A stretch of DNA of 63,997 nt, the filler included, from Choristocarpus tenellus KU-1152 (lineage: Eukaryota > Protista > Phaeophyceae), in the NCBI GenBank assembly GCA_964200185.2. It is 11 parts of 11 records of this genome, joined end to end, with 100 filler letters (N's around TTAATTAATTAA, not from the genome) between each part and the next. Parts side by side here need not be neighbours in the genome. Positions count along the whole stretch, not along the records: positions 8,604 to 15,704 come from CAXNAD020006697.1; positions 15,805 to 19,380 come from CAXNAD020019157.1; positions 19,481 to 27,065 come from CAXNAD020005929.1; 8 more parts are not named here. The stretch is one strand, 5' to 3'. Numbering within the stretch: position 1 is the first letter of the stretch; every line of letters begins with the position of its first letter. The position numbers and the translations under genes are program-made. The notes under the pieces were generated by a model. That model was not told the origin of the DNA, did not search any database, and saw only the letters and a program-made list of their open reading frames with translations. Shown here piece by piece: positions 13,515 through 24,802 of the stretch.

Positions 13515-15934
13515 TACTGGCAAGTACTACGCAGTACAATTCGCATTTATTGGTGATTTCTGATACATGGAGCCCTATGTGGTACAGACTAAGGCTCGGA
13601 TGTAGCCATTGATTTGGTGCCACATACACATTTATTGGTACTTTCAGGTAAGTGAACAGCTCTAAGGTGGGGTAGGCAACAAGGTTGCCCAACAATTGCA
13701 GGTCGGGCACATGCATCTCTTATTACTGCATCTATATTTGCACTCAGTTAAATATCGATAAAAAATGCACAAGTGGTTTGGAGATCAGGAGAGGACTTTC
13801 GCTCTCTTTTACTAGGGTTCAATTGGGACCTTCAACATCATCAGAATAATCCATAATCGTCCCTTTAAGTACATCCCCATACTCCCTACTATTTCCTACT
13901 CAAAATATCCGTTCCAACCTTGGCATAAATCTCTCTCTGTGGAGAGAGAGAACAAAGCCCTGCGCTCGGCCATACTATGTGTTGTGTTCCTCTCATCCTC
14001 TCTCTGTCCTGATGCATTATTGGCCAGGGTTTTGAGAGCAATCAGCGCTCCGTCATTTATGCCTCTTTGTTGTAATCCTGTGGAAAGTAATTTATGATGA
14101 CAGCAACCCCTAGCAATTATACTGCCGTAGGTTTTGAGGACACTGCATCACCAATACCATTGTTTGGAATGCATTTTTTCTATACATAGGACTATATTGT
14201 CACTTAATAGCACCTGAATTTTGTGTAAGGTATACTGAAATCACTATTAGAATTTTGAAGTAGAACTGAAATGATGTACTGTGGAGTGATTTCTAATTTT
14301 CGATGGCAATTGAAAACAACCATTGAAATGTCCTGTCCAATCCGTTTTCCATGATGAGGCAGAATATCACGGCCTTGCGCACTAATTCATCTTGTTGGAG
14401 AAGTTCTTCATAGCAAGTACTTGTAACATGTCACTTGTTAGGTTCTTTGTTCGCAACCCACCATATCCGTAGCCTAATTCTTCTGAGTGATGCCAATCAA
14501 TCGTAACCAACCAGGGGAATATGTTGATTTTAACTAGTTGAGGTTGCTGCTGCAGATAGGAACAAACTTTCAGCACTGCTAACATGCAGACAAGTTTGGT
14601 GACTCGTAAGTGTTAAATCGAACAGGACAAATTGCCATGTTCGACACGCATACGCACACACAAACGTGGCTTTTTAGGGTAATTATCAGCCATGATTATT
14701 AGCATCATCTATAAAAAAAAATGCGGAGAACCCTCGCGATTCTCACTTGTCGCTTCTTGTCAGAGTATTTCATGTATTGAATGTTGTAGGATTATTAGAG
14801 CTTTCTCAATAAATAACAATTGGTTGCTGTAGAATTGACCTGTAAACCTGAAATGATAGAACTGTGGGGTTTTTGGTGAGATACTACAGTACAACAGTAG
14901 TAGTAAAGGGTAGTACAACTGGACTTTGCGGCATATACCCATGTCTGGATTTTGGTATGCTAGAACTGCATTGATTTTAGTAGTACTTGAGCCAAACCAA
15001 CTGAGAGATAAGGTTATATTTTAAGGATCCTGAGAAAGGGCAATAATACAACATTTTGACGATTACATAAGACCCTTTCTTTGCTTAATTGTGGTGTGAC
15101 TTTGTGTGTGGAAAAGGAGAATATCAATTTCGCGTACACTGTTGTACATGAAGAAATGAACTTGAGCGTATTGCTAAGGGTAAGAAAGATGACGTAGAAT
15201 GCAAAAAGGGTCCAAACCTGCCGACCTCTCAATTGGTTTTGTGCAAAATAGGACAATAGTGAGGTGTACCTTGTTTTATGTATGAGAGATATTACTAATG
15301 AGATAGGACATCTGGATTATGAGTGGGAATATGTATGGGTTTTTATTCTGCATTCAAACTACTTTGATATAACCATGAACTTATTATGTATGAGGCACAA
15401 ATAATAATAAACAAGCAACGATAAGACACCCCACAAAGATCACTTTTCGAATTTCAACCATGTAATCATGTTCAGCAATGGGGAACCGTGTGAGGTTTCA
15501 CACCTTCTTGTCTTCACTACTGATAAATAGCATTACCCCCCAAGGTAAATTGCGCAGGTTTGACTCATTAATGTTAACATCCGTACCCGAATAATTGGAC
15601 GTCGGTTAATTAAACCTGTGAGGTTGAGACCATTGGTTCCTTGACCAATGTTGCACTGGTCTCGTTCTGAAAATCTGGTGATGCTGATACAGAGATGATC
15701 AGGGNNNNNNNNNNNNNNNNNNNNNNNNNNNNNNNNNNNNNNNNNNNNTTAATTAATTAANNNNNNNNNNNNNNNNNNNNNNNNNNNNNNNNNNNNNNNN
15801 NNNNCCCCTTTTTTTTCCACTTTGTCACACGGGTTTATGCAGAGTGGAGAGTGCATCTTGTGTGGTGCGTTCTGTCTTTTATAGCACATCACAAGAGTAT
15901 TGTATTATTTGTATGGTGTGAGCATGAGAGATTC

Positions 15935-15981
<47 letters not shown>
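15935..15981 (+). repeat. (CTGT)n microsatellite just upstream of a splice acceptor
   Basis: About 11 perfect units. Confidence 0.95.
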
Positions 15982-15982
<1 letters not shown>

Positions 15983-16001
15983 TGGGAGCCTGACACAACA
16001 G

Positions 16002-16973
16002 GTGGAGAGTGATAGGCCTGGTCAAGGTGCGAGTTGTCTTACAACACATTGGTGATGTATTCCCTACACATCCACCAGTCATTGCACTGTCTGTGACATG
16101 CACCCCTTCTTGAAGGGTGAAGGGGTATGCTTTTGCTTGGACTTTTTTTCTCATTCATTCATCCTGCCCCACGCTTTCCTTGATAGGTTCTCTCTTTCCA
16201 ATCCACTCGTAAAGGGAGGAGGAGAGGGAGAGGTGGGGAGGGGCGTCCGTCAGCGGGAAAATTTTGGCATGCTGACCACGTTATACCTGTGGTGAGTGTT
16301 TTTGTTTTTGTATTTTTCACTGTGGTGGTGACCCCCCTCTGATCTCCACATGATCTTCAGTACTGCGCTATGTACTTACTTGTATTTAGGCACGGCCTTC
16401 TTATTCGACGAGGCCGAGGGACGAATTTGATTGTGGTATCTTACTTCCCACAACAGAAGGGGCAGCAAGCACCTACTGCTTCCATAGCACTGACAGTACG
16501 ACAACCTGTAGAAAGGCAAACATTTCGTCGCTCTCCTCTTGTAGTTTTGTTGAGGGGCTGTGGTTACCATTTTGTTTTTACACAGGTGACCTACGTCACT
16601 CTCGGCTCGCCGTTGTTGCCAGGCGAGGTGAGGTAGTTACATTTGACCTCAGGCCCTCCCAGGGAGACGATCGCACCCTGTCTAGTCTAGTCTGGAGTGA
16701 CCTTGATCGCTGCTGACCATTCTATGCTCATCTTACCTCGGTGTTCAACAAGCAACAGATAAAAAAAATAAAAAATAAAAATGCTCGAGTTTCTTTTTTT
16801 TCTTGTGTGTGGCGTGGTGTGGTGTGGTGTGTCAGGTTCAGGGTGGCGGGCAGTGTGGCCTGGGCAATTATCAAACCCTATGCATCCTGTGCCATGCAGA
16901 GGCCACGAAACGGTTGAGGGTGGAGATGGCCTCTGAAAGGGCAGCGTCCGCGTCGACTGACAGGGCATCCTAG
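16002..16973 (+). CDS. HNH endonuclease domain protein, ZRANB3-like C-terminus; join(16002..16026,16187..16291,16836..16973), 5' truncated
   Basis: The spliced translation is WRVIGLVK|VLSFQSTRKGRRRGRGGEGRPSAGKFWHADHVIPV|VQGGGQCGLGNYQTLCILCHAEATKR...*. The motif FWxxDHxxPVxxGGGQCxLxNxQTLCxxCH is the ZRANB3-type HNH. Both introns are GT-AG and phase 0. The ORF track misses this gene. Confidence 0.85.
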
Positions 16974-18155
16974 TTAGAGGTAGGGTTTGCGGGTGTGAAG
17001 GGTAGAGGAGTGGTAGCCCTCACAGCAGGCAAGCAATGGTGCTTCTGTTCGTGGTTAGGGGGACAATATATTTCTTTTGTTGAAGGAGACATCCAAGACG
17101 GAAGTTTGGAGGAGGTTGCAGCGAATCCCGTGATCGGGGAGGAGTGAGACAGGCCAACAGGGATGGACTGTGTTTCGCCCCCTGAGGAGGAGAGGTCAGC
17201 TCTCCCAGGAGTACCTGCAGGCAGAGGAAGGCGAAGGTGTATCAGGCAGGAGGGGGGGTGACAGAGCTAGCAGAACAGGACCCAGGATGGTCTCGTACAA
17301 CCAATTTGAAGTATAGTAGTAGACATTCTAGGACATGATTGTGCTTTCCTTGGCTCTCTCTAACAATATGCTCGAGACAATATGAGTTGCTGTTTGTGAC
17401 ATGGCGGTGGAAGCTATTTCCTCGCTCGAACGCCCAAGCTCCCATTTGTCGGAACAGTTTATTCTAGGGTCAGTTGGTGCTGAGCAACTTACTTTTTCTC
17501 CGTGGTTTGTTTTTATTATTATCTTGACTGAGAATTTCGAATGCTACGAGGCAGGAATTTGGCTACTACTCACTATCATCTTCAGGATTCATGCATGGGA
17601 TAAAATAAATAAATAAAAAGAGCAAACAAAAAAATGTGTCCTTTTTTCTTTTTTTTAAGGTCTCTTTGCCCATCGCGTTCTCGTCTCAGAAGGCGTCCCG
17701 TCCCCCCGTACGTCAACTGTTGCTGCCATGTAGAGGCACGTGATTGGCTGAGGGAGATGATGATGATGATGATGATGGGGTTGACCAACACAATGACCCA
17801 ACGCCAGAACATCGTGACCTGTGTTACCATCACAGGCTCAGTTTGCAAGGCCGACTAAGTGAAGGAGAGTAGGTTCGTCCATCATTAGGGCGTTTGTGCC
17901 GGATTTGCCTGGCAGATACCCCCCCAAATCTCAAGCAATAATATAATAAATAGTAACAAATAATGACCACGGACCCGAATCCATTTTCTTGAACCTTGAT
18001 TTTGTTATTGATTCATTCTGGCACCTACCTTCTACTGTTGTAAGTCAGAAGTACATACTAACACTATTTTTGTTGTTACTATTATTATTATTAATAATAA
18101 TAATGATAAATAAAATCAAAACATAACTAAAAAGTGTTTAGTCTGGAAATGATAA

Positions 18156-18418
18156 GAGTCGAAGTATCTTAGAGGGCAGACTCGCGCGTCCATTTGGGGA
18201 CCAAAATCCAATGTTGTGATTCTGATGTAATTTTGGCTGTCGTGTTTGTTAGGAAGTGTCAATATCCTTGTTCCAGACCCCCACGTTTTCATAACGTGTA
18301 CATTTTACCTATTCCGAAATATGTTGGAGTAGGAAAAAGTCGTAAAAACCCCATGGGGAAGTCAAGCACCAAATGGACAAACAGGGCAAAAATCGTACCC
18401 TCTAAGATACTTCCACTC
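18156..18418. mobile_element. MITE family A (~260 bp, Sola2-like non-autonomous DNA transposon)
   Basis: TIRs GAGtcgaagtatcttagaggg / ccctctaagatacttccaCTC, flanked by the 4-bp TSD ATAA. Confidence 0.9.
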
Positions 18419-18704
18419 ATAACCAATAACACACCGCCTATCATCCTTATAGCAAACCCATTTCACAAAAGATGAACAAATGTGGACATTTTTAATTGAT
18501 GGTGGTCACCTTCCTAACCTGCACAGACACTCCTCCTGTACTACCACTCTCCACTACGTCTTCTTCTATTATGACCAATTTGATCTTCGTGACCTGATGA
18601 TCAGCCTCGTCAAGGTGCATACAACGAGGATTTTTTTTTTTTATGGGCTCAGTATTTTTTTATTGGGTGGTGGAATGCAAAAGACACTCTTATAATACAG
18701 TGTA

Positions 18705-18878
18705 GGGTCAAAGTATCTGATGGGGGGTGGCAGCTGTCCATTTGGGGCCAATTTTTTTCATGTTTCGATTTTGGGGCGATTTGGTTCCATACGTTGGATG
18801 GATAATGAAAGTGCACTTTTCCTGTTTTGGGTTCAAATGAACACTCTGGTTTAGACCCCCCCCCAGATACTTTGGGTC
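18705..18878. mobile_element. MITE family B (~175 bp, poly-G/poly-C subterminal tracts)
   Basis: TIR gggtcaaagtatctg(ggg) / (ccc)cagatactttgggtc. It shares the AAAGTATCT core and the GTCCATTTGGGG subterminal motif with family A. Partial copies are at 8426-8503, 27166-27189, 40576-40690, 45837-45866, 45967-46012, 57018-57075, 60170-60342 and 63979-63997. Confidence 0.85.
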
Positions 18879-19154
18879 GTAATGGAACATAACCTGCCTC
18901 TACAATGCCTTAGAGATCCTACTACCGACAAAACGAGAAGGATTTTGTGACTAAAACAACACTCATGGTATTGTTTTTTGTCATGGTTTCTATTACTCTT
19001 GGGAGCGTAGTGATGTTATCATTCAAACGGACCCTTAGAATTGTACTGCGTAAACAATCTCCCATGGGATTATTGTAAGTTTTTCATCTGACTTTGGGAC
19101 CTCGCTTGGGTTTGTCATGTTGATTGGCCCGCAAGCCAGTGACAGAAGTAGTTC

Positions 19155-19380
19155 ACTACAGCCGTTCTCAACTGATTACTACAACCGTTCTCAACTGATT
19201 ACTACAGCCGTTCTCAACTGATTACTACAACCGTTCTCAACTGATTACTACAGCCGTTCTCAACTGATTACTACAGCCGTTCTCAACTGATTACTACAAC
19301 CGTTCTCAACTGATTACTACAGCCGTTCTCAACTGATTACTACAGCCGTTCTCAACTGATTACTACAACCGTTCTCAACT
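19155..19380 (+). repeat. 23-bp minisatellite (ACTACA[G/A]CCGTTCTCAACTGATT)x~10, truncated by contig end
   Basis: Head-to-tail units with a single variable position and no spacers. Confidence 0.97.
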
Positions 19381-19480
19381 NNNNNNNNNNNNNNNNNNNN
19401 NNNNNNNNNNNNNNNNNNNNNNNNTTAATTAATTAANNNNNNNNNNNNNNNNNNNNNNNNNNNNNNNNNNNNNNNNNNNN

Positions 19481-19536
19481 CAAGCCCCAAATGGACAAAC
19501 AGGGAAAAACTCGTACCCTCTAAGATATTTTTACTC
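19481..19536. mobile_element. MITE family A, right end only (contig start)
   Basis: caaatggacaaacaggg...cgtaccctctaagatatttttactc matches the family A terminus. Confidence 0.8.
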
Positions 19537-19899
19537 ATGGGTGGTGCAGCACTCCCCCATCACCTAGAGATGTGACCTGCTCTATTGCTCCTTCCTCTCC
19601 AGGTGGAGGGATATTTTGCTCTGCCGCACCTTGTCCTTCCAAACCTGATGTGCCAGTATCAGGGTCAGAGATGTCAGTGACATCTTCCTTTTTTCCCTTG
19701 TTCTCCCACATGAAACCACAGACGGACTATAAGAAGTCTTCTGCCTGATGCCCTGATGGGAGCGACCAAGAGGGCAATTAATTCTCTGTGAAGAAGCGGA
19801 GATATTCGGGGGTAAATGGGCAAGATATCTTTAACTTCTTGTGTTCCGAATTTTTCCCAAGTGTGTTGTGTTGTAACACTTGTCCATAAGAACAGGTGG

Positions 19900-21900
19900 A
19901 GGAAGGGTTACAAATTCTCGTACTTTGATTGATCAAGGAAAATTGATGCAACATCATGCTCTGCCATAGTAGTCGCCAAGGTTGCTCAACCCCCCAAGAT
20001 TCTGTTTCCCAAATACTAATATTAATCTCTAACCCGCACCCAACACCAACTAGGCAACCTCGATAACGACGGAGAAAGTCGGCAATTAAAAATATTCATT
20101 CTTACGCCAGACTCCCTGCTCGATACCAACGTAAGTTCGAAATCCTACTCTGCACTCCACAACGAGTAACTTTGTCTCACCTAGCCCGAAAGGACAGCTC
20201 AACGTTTGTCATATCCTTGCGGCTCCTGGTCTATTTTGGTCCATACATCTCCACCCACTTGCTGATGTTCTGCACAGTAGCTTAGAGAGGACGAGACTCT
20301 CTGGCACCCACGATGGCTCCAGTTTTGGGCGACCCAGACAAGAAACCCAGAAGCTCCCACGTTGATATAGGCCTCCGTCACCAACTTGTCCCGAACGTTT
20401 TGACTCACTCTCTTTCCCAATGCAGAAAGTGACCTCGCCACATGAGTAAGGCCAACCGCCTGGTAGGTCTTCTGGACGGATGATCCAAGGTTCATGGGGT
20501 GAATCTTTGAGGACCCTCTTGAAGGCCCATTCAATTGCTGCGTTGGCAGGTGACAGTCTAAGATGGTCATAGGGCATACTACGAGAGTCTCTGTGATGAG
20601 AAGACAAGGGGAAGTTGCTTTGCCATTGGAAAATGGCGTTGTTATTACATTTTTTTATGAAAAAACGTACACAAGATTGGACCAGGATAAAACAAGGGAC
20701 CAGTCGAGATGTTGCCCATTGTTTGTTGTGGTCAATTTTCTTGCTAAGATTGAAATGTCATATTGAACAAGATTGGTCCGGCATTATAGATTACCTAAGT
20801 TTCACTTGAGACTGTTGATCTCTCTATAGTTTGAAAATTGTCGACAGAATGAGAAAATATCCTGTACGCATTTGTAAAAATTGTCATATTTTCTCAGCTT
20901 TGCCAAGATCCTTAAAATGCAACACTAGGTACCTCTCGTTTTCTTTGACTCAGAGATGGTAGGTATGGTGACACAACGTAGTACAGCTTTTGCCAAATGA
21001 ATGTACATGTGCACACATAGGATCAGTTCTTGATGTTTGGGAGAAAGCCTGTCAGCTAACAAGCTTGTATGGAAGGAGCAGAATAGAATACAAGACAAGG
21101 GTAGAATCCATCGTAACACTTTGAAGTAAATCAACTACATGGATCCACCTCTACTAGCAATTCTCTCGAGTCAAGAATCTACCATATCCACCACTAGCCA
21201 GATCCCCAACTTGTGGGATGCTGTCAACCCTCCAGTGTGAAAAGATGTCGAGAAAGATGTCACTTTTGGGACTGTAAGTAATGTAGGCTCATTCTTGCCA
21301 GTGCCATATACACATCCACCTGGTCTCATGAGCAATAATATCGATTATTGTGGTGGGAGTCACGATTGTCCGCATACGAAGTACTCCAGATTAGATGGGT
21401 TGGGAGAAGGGAATAATCAGCAGTTAACATCTGACATCAGTGTAGACTCAGTTGATATATTTGGGGGATTTGCAAATCTTCAGCCCCTTGTGATGCCGTA
21501 CAAGATCCATGCATTCACCCCGTGTGATCTGCATGCCATACCCCTTCAGAGGTGACAGAGCATGGAGATTTGGGAAATTCCAAAGTTCTCTGCGATGGCC
21601 GCCACCGTCCCCTTAGACATGTGAGTCTCACGCCCTCGCACCTCCAGGCATCATGCCACCACGCTATTCTTCGTTGGGGTGCTTGAATCTGGACCCCGGA
21701 CAGACTTCTGAGCTGAGAATTGGGACCGATGGGCAACAACAAAATGAGCAAGCCTTCAAACGACAGGGGGCCTTCATCCTAGGCATCTCAATAAACACCC
21801 GCTTTAACAGTTATAAGAGGCTTTTGAACTCCGTCAAATGCGAGTTGGTTGAATTTGCACTCGTGATCCTCCACAGTAATGACAGCCCACCGTGTCAAAC
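19900..21900 (-). mobile_element. Highly degenerate DIRS/Ngaro-like tyrosine-recombinase retroelement remnant
   Basis: Fragments occur in the expected order: an RT tail (IEMPRMK...LRSLSG), an RNase H end (LLADRLSP) and a YR N-terminus (LGSSVQKTY). There are many stops and frameshifts. Confidence 0.4.
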
Positions 21901-22602
21901 TTTGCAAGTCTCCCAATGTATATGAAAACTAAGCCTCGTCCATAGGTTTTATCACATGCGTCGTTCCGGGGCGAGAACGGAGCTTGCAAAGTTATGTTCC
22001 ATTTAATTCCGAACGGAGGAAGTATTAAAAACTACAAATAATAATACTACTGATCTCCCCACCAATACTAACACTGATTATAGTAGTTATAGCGATGAAG
22101 ATAAAATCATAATATTAATCATATTTATGATAATAATAATAATGATCAGGACAATAATAACGATAACAGCTGTGACAGGTTTCGTTACTCCAGTCTATTT
22201 TTGCACCCTCACTTAAGTGTATTGCGCTTACATTTCTTTGTCGTTGGTGACAATCGCATCAACATCAAATACATAGAAGTCGTGAAAACTCCTGGATTGC
22301 TTACCATTGACAGTCACAAATATGTGACATCACCCATTTGATCCAAGGTTCAACTCAAACTTCGCCACGAGATTTGATGGGTTTGTGGATTTGCTGGAAA
22401 CAACCCCACCCTACCACAACTACTGATTATGGACACCCCCCACGACTGATTGGACCCCGTACCTCACAACATAATAATGGCAATGATAGCGAGAATTATG
22501 ATAATATTAATAATAGTAATGAAAATAATAAAAATGATGTTAATAATATTATATAGATCTGGTTCACATCTCAAAGGCACATTCTGGAGGAAAAAAAGGA
22601 TA

Positions 22603-22976
22603 CGGTGTTGGCAGTCGCCTCTAGGATAAGACTGGCCTTGATTTATTTCAAGGTGATGCAAGGCGTCGTGATGGGTGATCAGCATATCAGATTAAAGCTG
22701 AGACCAAATGCGGTCGATTGGCGCAAAGAAATCCGGTCCCAAAGTAGTTTGTGTTGAGTTAGGAAATAATGCCCAAAGGTTCGTTTTGAATTACCAAAAA
22801 ATGAAAATCGCTGAAAATCATATCAATATTTTTTTGCGACGGGATTTCTTTGTGCCAATCGATTGCTTATCGTCTCAGCTTTAATTTGATGTGCTGATCA
22901 CCTATCAGGTCGCCTTGTATCACCTAGAAATTGATCAAAATCTGTGATGCTATCATAAAGGTGACTGTTAACAATA
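22603..22976. mobile_element. Foldback MITE with ~140-bp imperfect inverted repeats
   Basis: 22606-22745 (tgttggcagtcgcc...ggtgatcagcatatcagattaaagctgagac...caaagaaatcc) is the reverse complement of 22828-22973 (ggatttctttgtgccaatcg...gtctcagctttaatttgatgtgctgatcacc...ggtgactgttaaca). It is flanked by TA, which may indicate Tc1/mariner type. Confidence 0.8.
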
Positions 22977-23774
22977 TACTGTGCGAGGCTTTCGGAGCTT
23001 AACCTTCACACGCAGCTCACTACAACGTAGGTTGTCCACGCAAAACTCGGTGCAATGGTTACAGAAGCCCCTTTGTCGAAGGATATGGTGGATATCGGGG
23101 TGCGGTCTCTACCTCCATGCTTCAAGTTTCACAGAAGTCGAAGGCTGAGGTTGGGCAGAGTGTACGCGCCAGCGATTGCCGTGTGTCGAGAGGGGGGATC
23201 GTGCTTGATCGAGTGGACCAGTCAATCACTGCGAAACAAGAAATCAAATAGGGGTCAGGACTACGACGGAGAGTGTGTATTCTTGACCAAGCTCGATAAG
23301 GAGGGCTGGCTGGCTGGCTGCTGGCTGATGAGCCTTTAGGTATAACAGTAGAGCTACAATAACAATGAAGAGTTTCGGGTTGTACACCGACAGATGAGAC
23401 ATGGGGGACCACGACTCTCCTTCTCTTGTGAAAATACTCGTCCTGAGAGAGGAGAACAACCCTTCAAGCCATACACTGGACGACAGACGGAAGGATGTCT
23501 AAGTAACTTGATTTTTGTGTGGAAAATCACTTGATTCTAGTGAGGAAAATCGGCCTCTCACCCATCGCACCACAACCATTTCCAACCTATCTATTAATGT
23601 TAGGAGTAATTCAAGGATCACATCAAGCTTTTATTTCGACGAAAAACTCCTCTCCAATCAAAAGTTAGACCAGGACAAATTCTGTCCTAGAGGTCACTGC
23701 CAACACCATACTACGCAAACAACAGCAACTAAAAAGCAGGAACCAAGAACCTTCCTAACTATTAAACATAAACT

Positions 23775-24080
23775 GTGAGAGCCATCTTCCACAGAAGGTA
23801 TTCCCTAAAGGTGACCTATCTTGAACATTATGAGGGATATTCATATGACATTTGTTCTTGCATGTTGAAGGTAACATCTGCTTGAAGATCGGGTGGTTTG
23901 GAGTGACCTTATCAACCCCCCCTTCTTGCAATTGCCACTGGAACACTCTTTTCCTGAGTCATCTTCTGAGGGACTGCTCTCCCTTTTTGACATGCCTCTC
24001 TTTGATCTTGCGTCCTGTGGGTCTTTCTGTTCCCCTTCATTACGAAGAACCTGTCGGCTTGTTTCCATCTGTTTCACAAA
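23775..24080 (+). repeat. Dispersed ~300-bp repeat, copy 2
   Basis: Homologous to 789-1080 on a different contig. Confidence 0.9.
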
Positions 24081-24802
24081 TCGCAAAAAATATATGTAGT
24101 ATGCGCTCTGACATTTCACAAGTATTATTGGAAAGCAAGTTGGTGAGGTTCGAATACTTCTCATTTTTCTTATTCAATGCAATTTTCTTGAGGGTGAAAC
24201 TCAATTATTTTCATATTCAGTAAAAGATCACCCTATTTATAGTTGTAGTAGTCCTTACAAATTAGTTGGGTTTTTCTGTGACACGTCTCCATTAATGTCC
24301 AAGAACATAGTATAATACACCACAAAACTTAAAATATTAGGAACTATCTACAAAAGTTATGGGGGAACTGGGAACCATGGGATTTTGGTTAGTTGAAGGT
24401 AGAAAACGACTAAAAAATAGTTGTTGTTAGTCAATGGATGAACATGCAAAGAAAATGCTTACAACATTTGTCAACCTGCCTGTTTCCATTTTGCCAACTC
24501 AAAGGAAAATAGAAATTTCCAGGTCAAATCCTGTCATTTGAAAATATTTTTTAGTTGTTGATGAGAACGACATCTCAAGAAAACATTTTCGGCTGGACAC
24601 CCTTATCACATATCACATACCATACCAAGAGAAGAGTCAATCACGAAGGACAAAACACAACCTTCTTAAAACTACCATCCTCACACACCAAATCTGGCTC
24701 GTTGACCCCCGATCTTGGTTCAAGCAACGAAATCTCCAACTTACCACAATCTATACTTTCAACGAAGTGCACCTCACCTTCTTCGGTGAAGGACAAGGAA
24801 AC

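Noticed and set aside
2726-16973. Apparent nucleic-acid repair cluster (RecN, DHX37, HNH nuclease)
   Set aside because: The three genes lie on different contigs separated by artificial spacers.
19155-19380. CRISPR-like array
   Set aside because: The units are contiguous with no unique spacers, there are no cas genes, and the context is eukaryotic.
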